Position numbers and translations under genes: made by a program. Source: Camelus dromedarius (Eukaryota). Taken from it: a stretch of 64,000 nucleotides of DNA. Below the pieces are notes generated by a model. It saw only the letters and a program-made list of their open reading frames with translations. It had not been told where the DNA came from and searched no databases. The stretch's first letter is position 1. Every line of letters begins with the position of its first letter. The stretch is from contig NC_087436.1 of NCBI RefSeq assembly GCF_036321535.1, positions 115,570,001 through 115,634,000 on the forward strand, in the 5' to 3' direction. This document shows positions 38,497 to 51,314 of the stretch, one piece after another.

Positions 38497-38994
38497 ATGC
38501 ATTAAAAATTGATGGATATGCAAACATGATGGGATGGGTAAAATACCTTATTTTGTGTAAGTCCCGTCTAGCAGAGAAAGCTACGTGATGGCCATGTAAG
38601 CCCGTGTTGTAAAAGCTAAGCCTGGAGACGTGTTGTAATGTAGTGCTAGGAGCAAGGTCTCTGAAATCTAGGAGACTAGGATTCAAAACTCAGAATCTGC
38701 ATGGATGGTTGTGTAACTTCAGACAAAGTGTATTAGTTTCCTGTGGCTGCCATAACAAATCACCGGAAACTGGACGGCTTAAAGCAACAGAAATGTGTTC
38801 TCTCACAATTCTGGAGATTAGAATTCAGAAATCAAGGTGCCTGCAGGGCCACACTCCCTCCAAATGTTCTAGGAGATAACACCTCCTTTAATGTACCCGA
38901 TTGTGATTGGTCTGGCATTCCTTGGCTCGTGGCAGCATAAATCCAAATTCTGCCTCTGCCACATCAGTCTCCATGTGGATGTCATGTGTGTCTG

Positions 38995-39052
38995 TGTGCA
39001 TTAGTCCTGGTTTTCCAAAGAAACAGAACCAATGGGAGTTATAGCCCTTTAA

Positions 39053-39099
<47 letters not shown>

Positions 39100-39518
39100 C
39101 CTATCTATCTATCTACCTGGAATTGGTTAAGAAATGAGAAATCTCAAGACCTACAGGTGGCAAGCTGCAGGCCCAGAAGAGCCAGTGGTACAGTTTTAGA
39201 TCAAATCTGGAGGTCTGAGGCCTAGGAGAATGGATGGTGTCTGTTCCAGTCTAAGTCAGAGTCCAAAGACAGGAAAAACCAATATCCTAGCTCAAAGACA
39301 GTCTGGTAGACAGAGTGAATTCTCTTTTTTCTATTTAGACTTTCAATGGATTGCATGAGGGTCATCTATGTAGGGGAGAGCAATCTGCTTTACTCAGTCA
39401 ATCCATTCAAATGTTAATCTCATCAGAAACACCCTCAAGATACATTAAAAATAATGTTTAAACAAATATTGGGCACCCCATGGCTCAGTCAAGCTGGTAC
39501 ATAAAATTAACCATCATT
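38995..39518 (-). mobile_element. ERVL LTR (MLT2-like) with internal (TCTA)n
   Basis: Runs from attagtcctggttttccaaagaaacagaaccaat to gggcaccccatggctcagtcaagctggtacataaaattaaccatca, both diagnostic of MLT2. Confidence 0.85.
39053..39116. repeat. (TCTA)n tetranucleotide microsatellite
   Basis: Directly visible. Confidence 0.95.
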
Positions 39519-39715
39519 CTGTGTCCTATCCTTTTCTCTCTTTTATAAGGACACTTTCATTTGACTTAAGGCCCGCTCTAATTATTGATGGCCTCATCTT
39601 GATCCTCACTTAATTATATCTGTAAAGACCCTATTGCCATGTAAGGTCAAGTTCACAGGTAAGAGAGGTTAGGACTTGGACTTACCTTTTTGGAGAACAC
39701 AATTGAATTTATTAC

Positions 39716-40655
39716 TATACTGGTTTTCTTTAGGCTCAACATAACAAAATACCATAGATTTGGATGGTTTAAACAACAGAAATTATTTTCTCACAATTCT
39801 CAATACTGGATATTTCCAGAGGAGGTGGTCCTACCCTTTGGAAACTTAGAAGAGATGGCCCCACCTTTTGGGTCATTCTTTATTTTTTTGAAGTGTAACA
39901 CCTTTGCAGCTAGATCACTCTACTGGGTCATCCCGTAGACTCACTGAAGTCTGACAGCCTTCCTGTATTGTGTCCCAACTCTGTTCCCTGAAATCCAGGC
40001 TGCCACTGTTTCTTTTGGTATAACTCCATCTCTATTCCTGTCTTCTGCTGAAATGCTTGAGTAGATCCATGAGTCACATTCATAATCTCCTCATCAAATT
40101 ATTTTTTTCCAGCCATACTCTTGCCATTCTCCAGAACACATTTATTTTTTCATTTTTCATCAGATAGATAGACTGAAAGGCTCCAAATCTTCAAGTTTTG
40201 GTTTGTTTTTGCTTAACAACCCCTTCAAGTATCCCTCTCTTCTCATAAATTCTTGGACACGGTATGGAGAAACCAGTCTAAGTCTTCAATATTTTACTTA
40301 GAAATAAACATGCAAGTGTATCACTTATAATTTCTACTTTCCTCAAAACACTAGATTTCAATTTGGTCAAGGTCTTTGCCACTTTCATAACAAAGATTAC
40401 CTTTCTTTTAGTTTCCAATAATATGTTCCCCATTTCTGTCTGAGAATGCACCAGAATCCATTTTAAGATCCATTTTCCCGCCAACAATCACTTCTGGTCT
40501 TTTTCTAGCATGCGCCTCAACACTCTTTTGGTGTCCATTTATCACCCAGTGCCAAAGTCACTCTCACATTTTTAGATATTTGTTACAATAACACCTGACT
40601 TCTCTGTACCAAAATCTGTATTCATTTGTTAGAGCTGCCACAACAAAATTCTAAG
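39716..40655 (-). mobile_element. Internally deleted MaLR provirus (MLT1 LTR ends plus internal region)
   Basis: An LTR piece (39716-39805) is followed by MaLR-int motifs (tcacccagtgccaaagtca..cacatttttagatatttgttacaataacacc..gtaccaaaatc) that run directly into a second LTR end, tgtattcatttgttagagctgcc, at 40618. Confidence 0.7.
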
Positions 40656-41341
40656 CTAGGTTAGTGGGTGATACTCAGAATGATTCTCTCAAATAATGGT
40701 CACCAACTTAATTGTTTTATGTGAGAAGTCCCAATATTTGGGTCCAAACCATAGGTCATTGAATCACAAAGTCCTGAATTTAGATCTCTTTGTGGTGGTC
40801 TCCAGGGAAAATCACGATTAGTACCCTGGATTCCCACATCACACAACCGACCTTGCATACCTGCTGTGAAAGAGATGGTCCTCTCTTCTGCAAACAAGAG
40901 GTAAGATAATCTTTAACAAGCCCAGTCTCTCCTCTTTCTCATGGATCTGTTTAGTGCCTGCCAGCAATGAATCGTGGCCGATTTTAGTGTGGGAGACACA
41001 TCCAGCTCCTATCAGTTTGAATAAGACAAGTGGTCATTGTCTCAAGGTAACTTACACTACAGAGGGAGGAAGTAAGTGATGAATATTTAAAGAAATGAAT
41101 TCAGTATGTGATAAGAGTAGGAATGCTAGGGATGATGGTATGAAGAATATATTGGGCTGGAGTGGAGGGAAAAAAGAATTATTTCAAACTAAGTGGCCAG
41201 AAAACCTGTCTGAGGGAGACATTTGAATTGAAATTTGAATAATGCAAAGTTATAGTGTAAGAGCAAAAGTGAAGGAAATATTTCATATGAATAGAATAAG
41301 AAGTTCAGACTCTGAGACAGGAAAATTGTGTCATGTTCTAG

Positions 41342-41348
41342 TAAATAA

Positions 41349-41383
<35 letters not shown>
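41342..41383. repeat. (AAAT)n microsatellite
   Basis: Directly visible. Confidence 0.9.
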
Positions 41384-41384
<1 letters not shown>

Positions 41385-42695
41385 GGATAGTATGATTCTA
41401 ATGCGTGACTGAGGGACAAAATGGGGTTGGAGAGATGATAAGAGTCTAGAATGACCTGTTTCTAAAAGATGGCAATATATTCCAGATGAAAGAAAAAAAA
41501 ATCAAAGATGTTAAGCAGGGAGTGACTGAATCTAAAATACATTTTTCAAAAGATACTGTCTGCTTGCCATCTGTGTGAAAAACTGCAACTTTTAGCTCTG
41601 GCCACAGTGAAGTAAACTCACCACAGCTAATCTCTTCTAATGATTACACAGAAACTCTGTATAAAATATAAAACAACGACAAAACAACAAACAAACAAAC
41701 AAAACTATTTGGAAACCCTGATAAGTAAACAAAGTAGAAAAAGTGTGGAGAAAAGTCAGAATTTAGAGAGCAGTTTGTGCAGAGGTGAAATTACTTATTT
41801 TCTTCTCACTCCTGTGGCTTTTTCCCAAAGCAGGCCCAAGCCACAGTACCGCACATCCATGTTATTTGAGTCCCAGAAAGAGCAGGGAGGGCACAGAAAA
41901 AGCTTTGAGTAAATAACAACTAGAAACGGTCCAAATATCATGAAAGATACGTTTGCAGATTCAAAGACTCAGTGAATCCTGAAGAGGATAAACAAAAAGA
42001 AAACAGTAACTAGACATAGTAATTAGTCCTTCTGAAAATTAAAGAATTAAAAAAAAAAGCTATTTAAAGCAACATATAATACATTACATCATGTAGGGAA
42101 ACCATGGTTTAAAACTATGGCTATCTCATCAGAAACTATGGAAAACAAAAGAGAGTCGAACAGCTTTTTAAAATGCTGAAAGAAAAGAGCCATCCACTCA
42201 GAATTGCATTTCCAGTGGAAGTATCCTGCAGAAATGATCACAAATGAGAAGAATTCTTAGATGAATGACAATTCAGAAAATCAGTTTCCAGAAGACCTGA
42301 TCTAAAAGAAATGATACAATACTGTCTTTAGATTGAAGGGAAAAAATACCAGAGGGAAACTTGGAGCTTCAGAAATAAAGGCAAAGACATCAATTTATGT
42401 GGATAACTTGTCTGAAGGTCTAGTTTTATCCCCTGAAATCCTTTAAAAGTTGCATGACTGCTGAAAGCAACAATGGTAACATTGTTTGGCGGAGCATTCA
42501 GTATAGATGACACTCTACGCATGACACTACAACATAAATATCAATGAGGAAGAGTAAACCATATTCATATGGTTGTAAAACTTTTCTTGAAATGATAAAA
42601 TAATAACTTCATATAAATAGTGAATGCTTAATCCCTAGAGCAACAACTGAAAATAAATAAATAAATGTAAAAAATAAATTCAACAAGATATAGAC

Positions 42696-42728
<33 letters not shown>

Positions 42729-45123
42729 AAAAGGATAAAAATTAGCTAATTAAAAGAAGAGCAGAAAAAGGAGAATGGAGAAACAAAATTCAGAAAAGAC
42801 AAACAGAAAACCAGTAATAAAAGGGCAAATCTAAGTCCAATCTTATCAATATCACAGTAAAGTTAAATAGCCTAAACACAGCAATTGAAAGCCATAGATT
42901 TTCAGGTAGTATACAAAGGAAGATTTAACCATATATTTTCTACAGATAAGTTTACTTTGAATATAAAGATGCACATAGAATATTTTAAATAATGGTAAAC
43001 ATGATATTATTAAAAATGAACCAAAAGAAAGCTTGGATGGCAATATTAATATCAGAGAAAGCAAACTTCAGTACAAAAAAGACGATCAGGCATGGAGAGA
43101 AAAATTACATAATACTGTAACAGTCACTTTACCAAGAAGATTTAAAATTTGTAAATCTGTATGCACCTAAAAAGAGAGTTTTAGTACATGAAGTAAAACC
43201 TGATAAAACTGAGGTAGATATAAGCAAATTCAATAATTTTAGTTGGAGACTTCAACGTTCCTTGTTCAATAATCTATAGAAAATGTAGACAGAAAATTGA
43301 TAAGGACATAAAAGAACAGAACAGCCCTAACAGCAGATCTGACTTATTTGATATTAATAGACGAATTCACCCAACAACAGCAGGATACACAAGTTTTAAG
43401 TGTGCACTGAACAGTCTTCAAGATAGAACATATTCTTAGTCATAAAATAAAACTTAGCAAATAAAATGGTAGAAAAATCCAAAGTATTGTTTGTTATATT
43501 AAAGTAATTAAAATTGAAATCAGTAGCAGAAAGATATCTTAAAAATCTAGAAATATTTGAAAATGAAATATACTTCTAAAAAATCCATAAGTTGAGACAA
43601 ACTGAAAGGGAAGTTGGAAAATATTTTGACTGAATGAAAATTGGGTGGGATACTGTCAAGGCAATGCTTAAGGACAAATTTATAGCATTGTATATGTCTA
43701 TTAGAATAAAAACAAAATTTAAAATCAGTAATGTTATCTTCCCCTAAAAATTAAAAATAGATAAATAAATAAACTTAAAATGTAAGAACAAATTAAATCA
43801 AAAGCAGAAAAAATAAGATAAATAAAAATAATAAAGGAATTCAATTACATTGAAATCAGAAAAGCTGAAAAAAATACAATGAAAGCAAAGATGTTTCTTT
43901 GAAAATATCAACAAAGTAATACACATTTAGGAATAATTTCATACATCTTTATAGCTATAAATGCATTGTTTTAAATAGACCGTGTCTATAAAGACACAAG
44001 AAGGATTCACTAAGAAATCTAGAATAATCATATATCAAGTAACACATTTTAATTCTTATTTTTATAATTTTCAGAAGGTAAACCTCAGCTCCAGATGGCT
44101 GTACTGGTGATTCCTACCAAACATGTGAGAAAGAAATAACACCAATACAATACAAACTCTTCCAGAAAATAAAACATGTGTTCCCACTCTGAATTTAATT
44201 TATAAATCCGGAAAGATCTAAATCAGAGTCAAAAATTGTAAGAACACTACATATCAGTATTCTTTATGAACGTAGGTATAAAAGCAATGGGCAGAATATT
44301 AACAAATCAAATACAGAAATATATTAAAAATAATGCATTGTGATCAATTAATGGTTAATATTAGGAAAGCAGAGCAGATTCACCATTTGAAAATCAAGTA
44401 ATGCACTTCACCATGCTAGCATATAAATAAATGAGAAAATCTCAATAGATACAATGAAGGTATTTGACAAAACATAACATCCATTCATAGTGAAAAATCT
44501 TTCACAAAAAGAAGCCGAAGGGAACATTAATAGCTCTCTATTTAATGGTGAAAGACAATACTCTTTTCCTGAAGGGATGTTTGTTCTCAATAGTCTAATT
44601 CATTATTCAGCTGGAAGTCTGAGACAGTGCGAAAAAGCCAATAATTAAATAAACAGATAGATAATTAGATAATAGAGATAGGTAAGTGATAGGTAGATAG
44701 ATAGACAGACAGACAGACGGATAGGGTATAAATTAGAAAAGAAAAATAAAACTGTCTCTATTCATTATTTCCTGTGTAAAAAATCCTCAAAGAATCAATA
44801 AAAAAGGTTCTCAAACCAAATATATTTAACAAGTTTGTAGTATATAATGTTAATATAAAAATCAATTTTATGTTTATATACTATCAATGAAATGTTAGAC
44901 ATCGAAATTTTAAAAATAGAATAAAAAACCATGAGATACTCAGGTAAAACTAACAACGTATATGCAAAGTATGTTCACTGAAAACTACAATACACTGACA
45001 AAAGGAATTGATGTAGACAGACAGATATAGAGAGTTCATGGTTAAGAAGACACGACATTAAGATGTCAGTTCTCCCCAAATTGATCCATAGATTTAATGA
45101 AAACTCAATTAAAATCCCAGCTG

Positions 45124-46082
45124 GTAGAGAGCCCAGAAATAAACCCACACACCTATGGGCAATTAATCTTTGACAAAGGAGGCAAGAATATACAATGGAG
45201 AAAAGACAGTGTCTTTGGCAAGTGGTGTTGGGAAAGCTGGACAGCCACATGTAAATCAATGAAGTTAGAACACTCCTTGACACCACACACAAAAATAAAC
45301 TCAAAATGGCTTAAAGACTTAAACGTAAGACAGGACACCATAAATCTCCCAGAAGAGAACACAGGCAAAACATTCTCTGACATAAATTGTAGCAATATTC
45401 TCCTAGGTCAGTCTACCAAGGCAATAGAAATAAAAGCACAGATGAAAAAATGGGACCTTATTAAACTTACAAGCTTTTGCACAGCAAGGGAAACCATAAA
45501 CAAAACAAAAAGGCAACCTATGGACTGGGAGAAAATATTTGCAAAAAATGCCGCTCACAAGGGTTTAACTCCCAAAATATACAGTTTATACAACTCAACA
45601 ACAACAACAAAATCCCGAACCACCCAATCGAAAAATAGGCAGAAGACCTAAACAGACATTTCTCCAATGAAGACATATAGGTGGCCAACAGGCACATGAA
45701 AAGATACTCAGTATCTCTAATTATCAGAGAAATACAAACCAAAGCTACAGTGAAATATAACCTTGCGCCAGTCAGAATGGCCATCATTAAAAAGTGCACA
45801 AATGATAAATGCTGGAGAGGGGACAGAGAAAAGAGAACCCTCCTACACCGCTGGTGGAAATGTAGTTTGGTGCAGCCATTATGGAAAATAGTATGGAGAT
45901 TCCTCAAAGGACTAAAAATAGACTTACCATACTATCCAGTAATCCTACTCTTGGGCATATATCCAGAAAAAAACTCGAAAAGATATGTGCACATCCTTAT
46001 GTTCATAGCAGCATTATTTACAACAGCCAAGACATGGAAGTAACCTAAATATCCATTCATAGATGAATGGATAAAGAAGATG

Positions 46083-46084
<2 letters not shown>
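45124..46084 (+). pseudogene. Disrupted LINE-1 ORF2p C-terminal region
   Basis: The ORF track gives [36 protein letters not shown] and NRHMKR..CWRG..TLLHRWWKC..VQPLWK..LPYYP..LLGIYP, both L1 ORF2p. A frameshift separates the two ORFs and the Cys-rich motif is mutated. Confidence 0.9.

Positions 46085-46114
<30 letters not shown>
46085..46114. repeat. (TG)n microsatellite within L1
   Basis: Directly visible. Confidence 0.95.
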
Positions 46115-46117
<3 letters not shown>

Positions 46118-46868
46118 AAGGAATACCACTCAGTCATAGGATAAAATAATGACATCTGCAGCAACATGGATGGATCTAGAGATTATCTAAGTGAAGTAAG
46201 TCAGAGAATGACAAATATCATATGATATCATTTACATGTGAAATCTAAAATAATTGTCACAAATGAGCTTATTTACAAAACAGAAAGAGACTCACAGACA
46301 CAGAAAACAAATTTATGGTTACTAAAGGGGAAAGGGTGAGGAGGGACAAACTGGGAGTTTAGGATTAGTAGATACAAACTACTATATACAAAATAAATAA
46401 ACAAGTTCCTACTGTAGAGCACAGGGAACTATATTTGATAGCTTGCAATAACCTATAATAAAAAAGAATTTGAAAAAGAATATGTATATATATGTATAAC
46501 TGAATCACTATGCTGTACACCAGAAACTAACACAAAAGTGTAAATCAACTAGACTTCAATTAGAAGAAAATCCCTGCTGAATTTTTTGATAGTAATCAAC
46601 AAGCTTATTGCAAAGTTTACATATAAATTCAAATACTTGATTTAACCGAAATGATTTTGGAAATGAGGAAAGCTGGAGGACTCATACTGTCTGGTTTCAA
46701 GACTTACTCTAAAGCTACAAATCATCAAGACAGCATAGTGTTAATGTAAAGGATAAATACATAGACCATGAAGTAGAACAGAGAGTCCAGAAATAGACTC
46801 CACATAAATGGACAATTGGCTTTTGTCAAACATGAAAAGAGAGTTCAATAAGAAAAATGTATGCTTTT

Positions 46869-47057
46869 AAAATTTTTTTTGAAAAAAGTCTTTTTTGGTT
46901 TTTGGGGGCAGTAATTAGGTTTACCTATGTATGTATGTATGTATGTATGTATGCATGTATGTATTTATGTATTTACTTTAATGGAGGTAGTGGGGAGTGA
47001 ACCCAGGACCTTTCGCACGCGGAGCATGCACTCTACCAGTGAGCTATACAATCCCCC
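46869..47057 (-). mobile_element. tRNA-Ala-derived SINE (vic-1-like) with internal (ATAC)n expansion
   Basis: Reverse complement reads gggggattgtatagctcactggtagagtgcatgctccgcgtgcgaaaggtcctgggttcactccccactacctcc. Flanking repeat atgtatgctttt at 46857-46868 / 47070-47081. Confidence 0.9.
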
Positions 47058-49849
47058 TTTCCAAAAAATATGTATGCTTTTTAACATGTAGTGCCTGAAG
47101 TATTAAAAAAAAAGTTACATCCACAAAAAAAAAAAAAAAAAAGAATAAGGAAGAAGCTTGACCTGTATCTTGTGTCTTCTGTAGAAATGTAACTTAAAAT
47201 TGGTAATGGATTTGAATATAAAATCTAAAACTACAAAACTTTGTGATCTTGGGCTAAGTGAAGATAGCTTAGATATGACATGAAAATCCTGATCTAGAGA
47301 AAAAATAGATACATTAAACTTAGATTTTAAAATGTTTTCTCTGTGAAGGATGCAGCTTGGGGAATAAAATATCAGACATAGACTGGGATAAAATATTGGC
47401 AAACTCAGATCTGACAAAGAATAGGTAACAAATTTTCACCAAAAATATATATAGGTGACAAATAAGCACATGAAAAGAAGTTTAATATTATATATGATAT
47501 ATAATATTATAATATACTAATATAATATGTAATATTATGATAATTATAGCCTTCAAGTGCTGGCAAAATTATGTAGTGACTGGAGTGTTCTCATATATTT
47601 CTCATAAACATGAAATATGGTAAAGCCACTCTGGAAAACAATTTGTCAATTATTTATAAAGTCAAATGTATACATACAATATAACCCAGCAATCCCACTC
47701 CTAGGAAATCATCAGAGAACTAAAAGCCACATTTACACAAAAACCTGTGTGGGAATGTATACAGTGCCTTTATTCGCAATCATCTCAAACTGGAAACAAT
47801 CCAAATTATCTGCAACTTGTGAAAAGGCAAACAGATGATGAGATATCTCTACAGTGGAATACAACTCAGTAATGAAAAAGAACAAACCACACACAACAAT
47901 ATGGGTTAATTTCAAATACATTTTCCTAAGTGGGAGAATATGATACTGCCTATATGATTTCCTAGAAAAGGCAAATTTACAGAATGGACAGCAGGGCAGA
48001 CTAATCATGAACGGGAGTTGAGATTTACTAGAAAGGAGAGAATATCGGAGGGCAATGAAACTATTTTTAATGCATTCTTCAAAACTCACAGAGCTGTTAA
48101 ACGGTTATTTTACTGATTGAAATGCATATAAAGAATGAAAGATCAGAGTGCAGGAATGAAGATTAAATGCTGGGACTAATTTAAAAAGAATTTACAGCAA
48201 TCAAGGCAAGACAGGAAGGTTTGTGCTGGAACAGTGGAGTTGGAGAGCTGTGAACAGATTCCAGAGGTCTTTTCAAAATTTAAATGAAAAGTTTTGCAGT
48301 GATTGCATACCATAATGGAGGGAGAAAAATCATGCAGCAGTAACTCCTAGTTTGGGGCTGGATCAATGAGCAAGTCTCAGAGACATTTACTGAGACTAGA
48401 AGAGGGAACGTTTTGGAAGATAGTTTGATTAAAGAATTCAGGAGTTGTATTTTGCAAAAGCTAATAATTAGATGCCTCACTTATCAACATGTGGATTCCA
48501 CGACCCCAAATCAATCCATTGAACAGATTTTTCTCAGTATCTCAATGCACCACATATATGTGTGTATATATATGTCTAAAATCATTAATCCATCCTGTAT
48601 CTGAATTTTCCTTTTTCTTTTCCTCACAAAAGTGTATAGATTGTATACAATGTACTGTATGAATTTTTGTTCATCCCTGATCCCTTTCTGACAACCAGAC
48701 GAACTGTAAGCACAAGGGTGGTTTTCAATTTTATTACAGTAACTTCTTCCTTGGATCCTCTATATGAGCTTTATCTAACCCATGAATTTACAGGCATTAC
48801 TGAGAGTGTGTTGTTTCCTTAGCACCATGTTGCTCTGCTGAGACAAACACTTGTTCACATACCATCCCCCCATTAGGGACGAAAGGATAGCTTAACTAAA
48901 AGGAGGTTATGTGATTTAAGGTAAAACTGTCCTCTGAGTCGATGACAAAACACAAGCTTTGTGTGAGAGAGATGCTACGACTTGAGCCTGGAGGAAGGGG
49001 AAAGGTCTGCCCACCCTGAAAGCAGGAGGATGCCAGGGTCCTCTTCCCATGCCAAAATGTGTGTTTATTTATGCTGAAGAGAAAACAATTGAACCGATGC
49101 GTGTACAATGCTTTGTGAACTGTTATAACCCATATAATTGTCAGTTCTACCATTATCTTTATTAATGTGCGTGCCATTATCCTCTCAATCCATGCACTCT
49201 GGCTGTGAAAACAGGGTTTTAAAACCAACATTTGTAACAGGATAGCATTTGCAAAGATGGAAACAAAAAACCACGGCGATGTAAATCGGACGCATTGTTA
49301 GTGTTATGGTATGCTTCTTTGTTATTGTCCGCATGATAATTCTAGAAACAGGACAAGGGAATGGGAAAGAACATGGGTCTGGGACTGAGCAGATTTGTGT
49401 TGTAGATTTATCCCTCCCATTAATTAACTCCATGACCTCAGCAAGGCTCTTTTTCTCTCCCTCTCTGGTCTTGAGATTCACCGTCTGTAAAGAGGAGGGG
49501 CAGGACCACTGCTCTCCCAGTGTCTGTTCTCACAGAGCATTGCGTGGGAGTGGATGTGCTGAACTGATGAAAGCACATCGATGAGGACTTGATAATGCAC
49601 TTCATAAGGACAGGGCAGAGCCAGAGAAGAAAGTTGGGAGCAGCAGTTGCCATGGAACTGAGCCCTGTGAATGGGGAGGAGCACCCAGCACAGCTGGCCT
49701 GGGCCAGGAGGCTGCACCGTGTGATGCTGTGCCAGCATCTGGCCTTGGGTGTGTCAAGTTACTGAGGAAGAAAATGGTACATAGATGGGCTGGACTCAGT
49801 CTGTTACTTTTGATGGTTACAACACCCAAGGCCTCACACTGAGCTCCAG

Positions 49850-50075
49850 TATTAATAACTATGTGCAGAATTGTAAAGTTTACAAAGTGATTGCCTATTA
49901 TTGCCTCATTAGATCCTCACATTAACCCTGAAACGCCATCATTCTGGGTTTACAGTCTGGGAATCTGAAATTCAGGGAATTTGAATAGGGCAACTGAGAT
50001 AAAACAGGTGGGAAGTGACAAATTAAATTCAGGTCTTCTGATTCAAAGTCAAGAGTGCAGTCTCTTTGGACCACA
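49850..50075 (-). mobile_element. MIR SINE
   Basis: Contains ctcattagatcctcacattaaccctga...tttacag..gggaatctgaa...caggtcttctgattcaaagtc. Confidence 0.7.
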
Positions 50076-50234
50076 GGTAGTGTTGTGACACAAGCAATAA
50101 AATGACCTCTCTGCGCCACGTCCAATAATAATAATTCATATTTATAGATCATCGGCCCTGTACAAGGCACTCTAAAGTGATGGACCCGACTAGGCAAAGG
50201 CATAATGAAACCTCAGTAGTTAAGTCCTGTGCTT

Positions 50235-50400
50235 CAGTGCTGCTGCTCAAGTGTGGTGCGTTCAAAGACATGGGACCCCGTTGAAGATGCAGGTTCTGAT
50301 TCAACAGGACTGAGGTAGGTCTGAATTCTGCCTTTGTGCCTGACTCTCAGGTGGGGTCAATGCTGCTGGCCCAGAGGCCACACTGTGATTAGCCAGACTC
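50235..50400. mobile_element. hAT-Charlie MITE (MER5A1-like)
   Basis: Runs cagtgctgctgctcaagtgtggt...atgcaggttctgattcaacagg..ctgagg..tgctgctggcccagaggccacactgtga. Confidence 0.7.
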
Positions 50401-51314
50401 TCCAACACAATATCAAGTGAACAGTTCACTCAGGAAATAGCGTTGAGTCTACTTTCCATGCTTGAGTCTGTGAAAACAGACTTTTGAAGGCAAAGAGGAT
50501 GCACTAAAAAGTTTGAAAAGTGATTGACATCCATTAACATAAAACAATTGTGAACTGATTTCAAAGAATTTTGCTTTCAAAATATCTAGCTTTGAACTTC
50601 ATTCAACATTTTTGTAAGATATGCCTCTGAGTTAAAATCCTAAATGCACTTGCTTGACCTTTAACATTTTGCTATGCTGAGTATTAAAATTTTGCTAATT
50701 GAATATAGTCCATAAAACAGTTAAATATTTTTATTTATTTAATAAGTCAGGGACACTTTTTGGAGTAAGGAATCAATCACTTTTGATAAACTTGAAAAAT
50801 ATTATAAAATATGAAATTCATCAAATTACTGAATATATTTAATTGCAGGTTATATAATCTGAATTATTGATCCAATAATTATTCATGTGGACTATTCAAA
50901 TGGAATGATTCATCTTTTATTTTATCACTTTAAACAATGCTTACATATTATTTACAATTTGAAAGCTAGGAATCAAAGACTTTTTAGTGCAAAATATTTC
51001 TAATGTAGGGTAAGCCTTTGTGGGAGTCCAAAGTAACATTATAGAATCAAAAATTAACTAACTTTAGATTTCAGTAGGGGAAAAATAATATCCTTTTTCT
51101 TCAGTTAAATATTTTAATTGCAGAACTGTTCACTGGGAGTTATGAACCTTTCTAGTGTAACTGAAATATTTAATACAAAATATAAAATATTTTAAGTGCT
51201 CTGCAGGTTTCTCAAAAAAAGAATTGAAGAGGTGTTCTTTTTCATCTTTTTTTTCCCCCTTGGCTCCTAGAAAAGAGTTTCTGCCTTAATTAAGTCATTT
51301 TTACTTTTATATTA

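Larger units (their letters stand above)
38729..39718 (-). mobile_element. MaLR LTR (MLT1B/C-like) split by a nested MLT2
   Basis: Left part begins tgtattagtttcctgtggctgccataacaaatcacc. Right part contains ttataaggacac..aaagaccctatt..taaggtca..ttaggactt. Confidence 0.8.
45124..46566 (+). mobile_element. Younger 5'-truncated LINE-1 (artiodactyl-type) nested in the old L1
   Basis: Flanked by a 13-bp TSD aaaatcccagctg (45111-45123) / aaaatccctgctg (46567-46579). Contains the ORF2 C-terminus and a 3' UTR ending gaatcactatgctgtacaccagaaactaacac..aatcaactagacttcaat. Confidence 0.93.
41588..48110 (+). mobile_element. Old, near full-span, decayed LINE-1 (L1MC/MD-like) with internal deletions
   Basis: 5' UTR-like start, ORF1-like region (tctcatcagaaactatgga..aaaatgctgaaagaaaa), endonuclease region (atctgtatgcaccta; gttggagacttcaac), RT region (ctccagatggc..actggtgattcctaccaaaca) and 3' end (acccagcaatcccactcctagg..tcaaaactcacagagctgt). 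All frames are disrupted. Confidence 0.85.
40980..48490 (-). mobile_element. LINE-2 fragment split by the large L1 (pieces ~40980-41580 and ~48120-48490)
   Basis: ttaagcagggagtgac..aaaagatactgtctgc on the left continues collinearly with cagcaatcaaggcaaga..cagtggagttggagag on the right. Confidence 0.6.

Noticed and set aside
45097..46043. Active retrotransposon or domesticated gene
   Set aside because: It is 5'-truncated and frameshifted, the Cys-rich motif is mutated, and the ORF start comes from the host L1.
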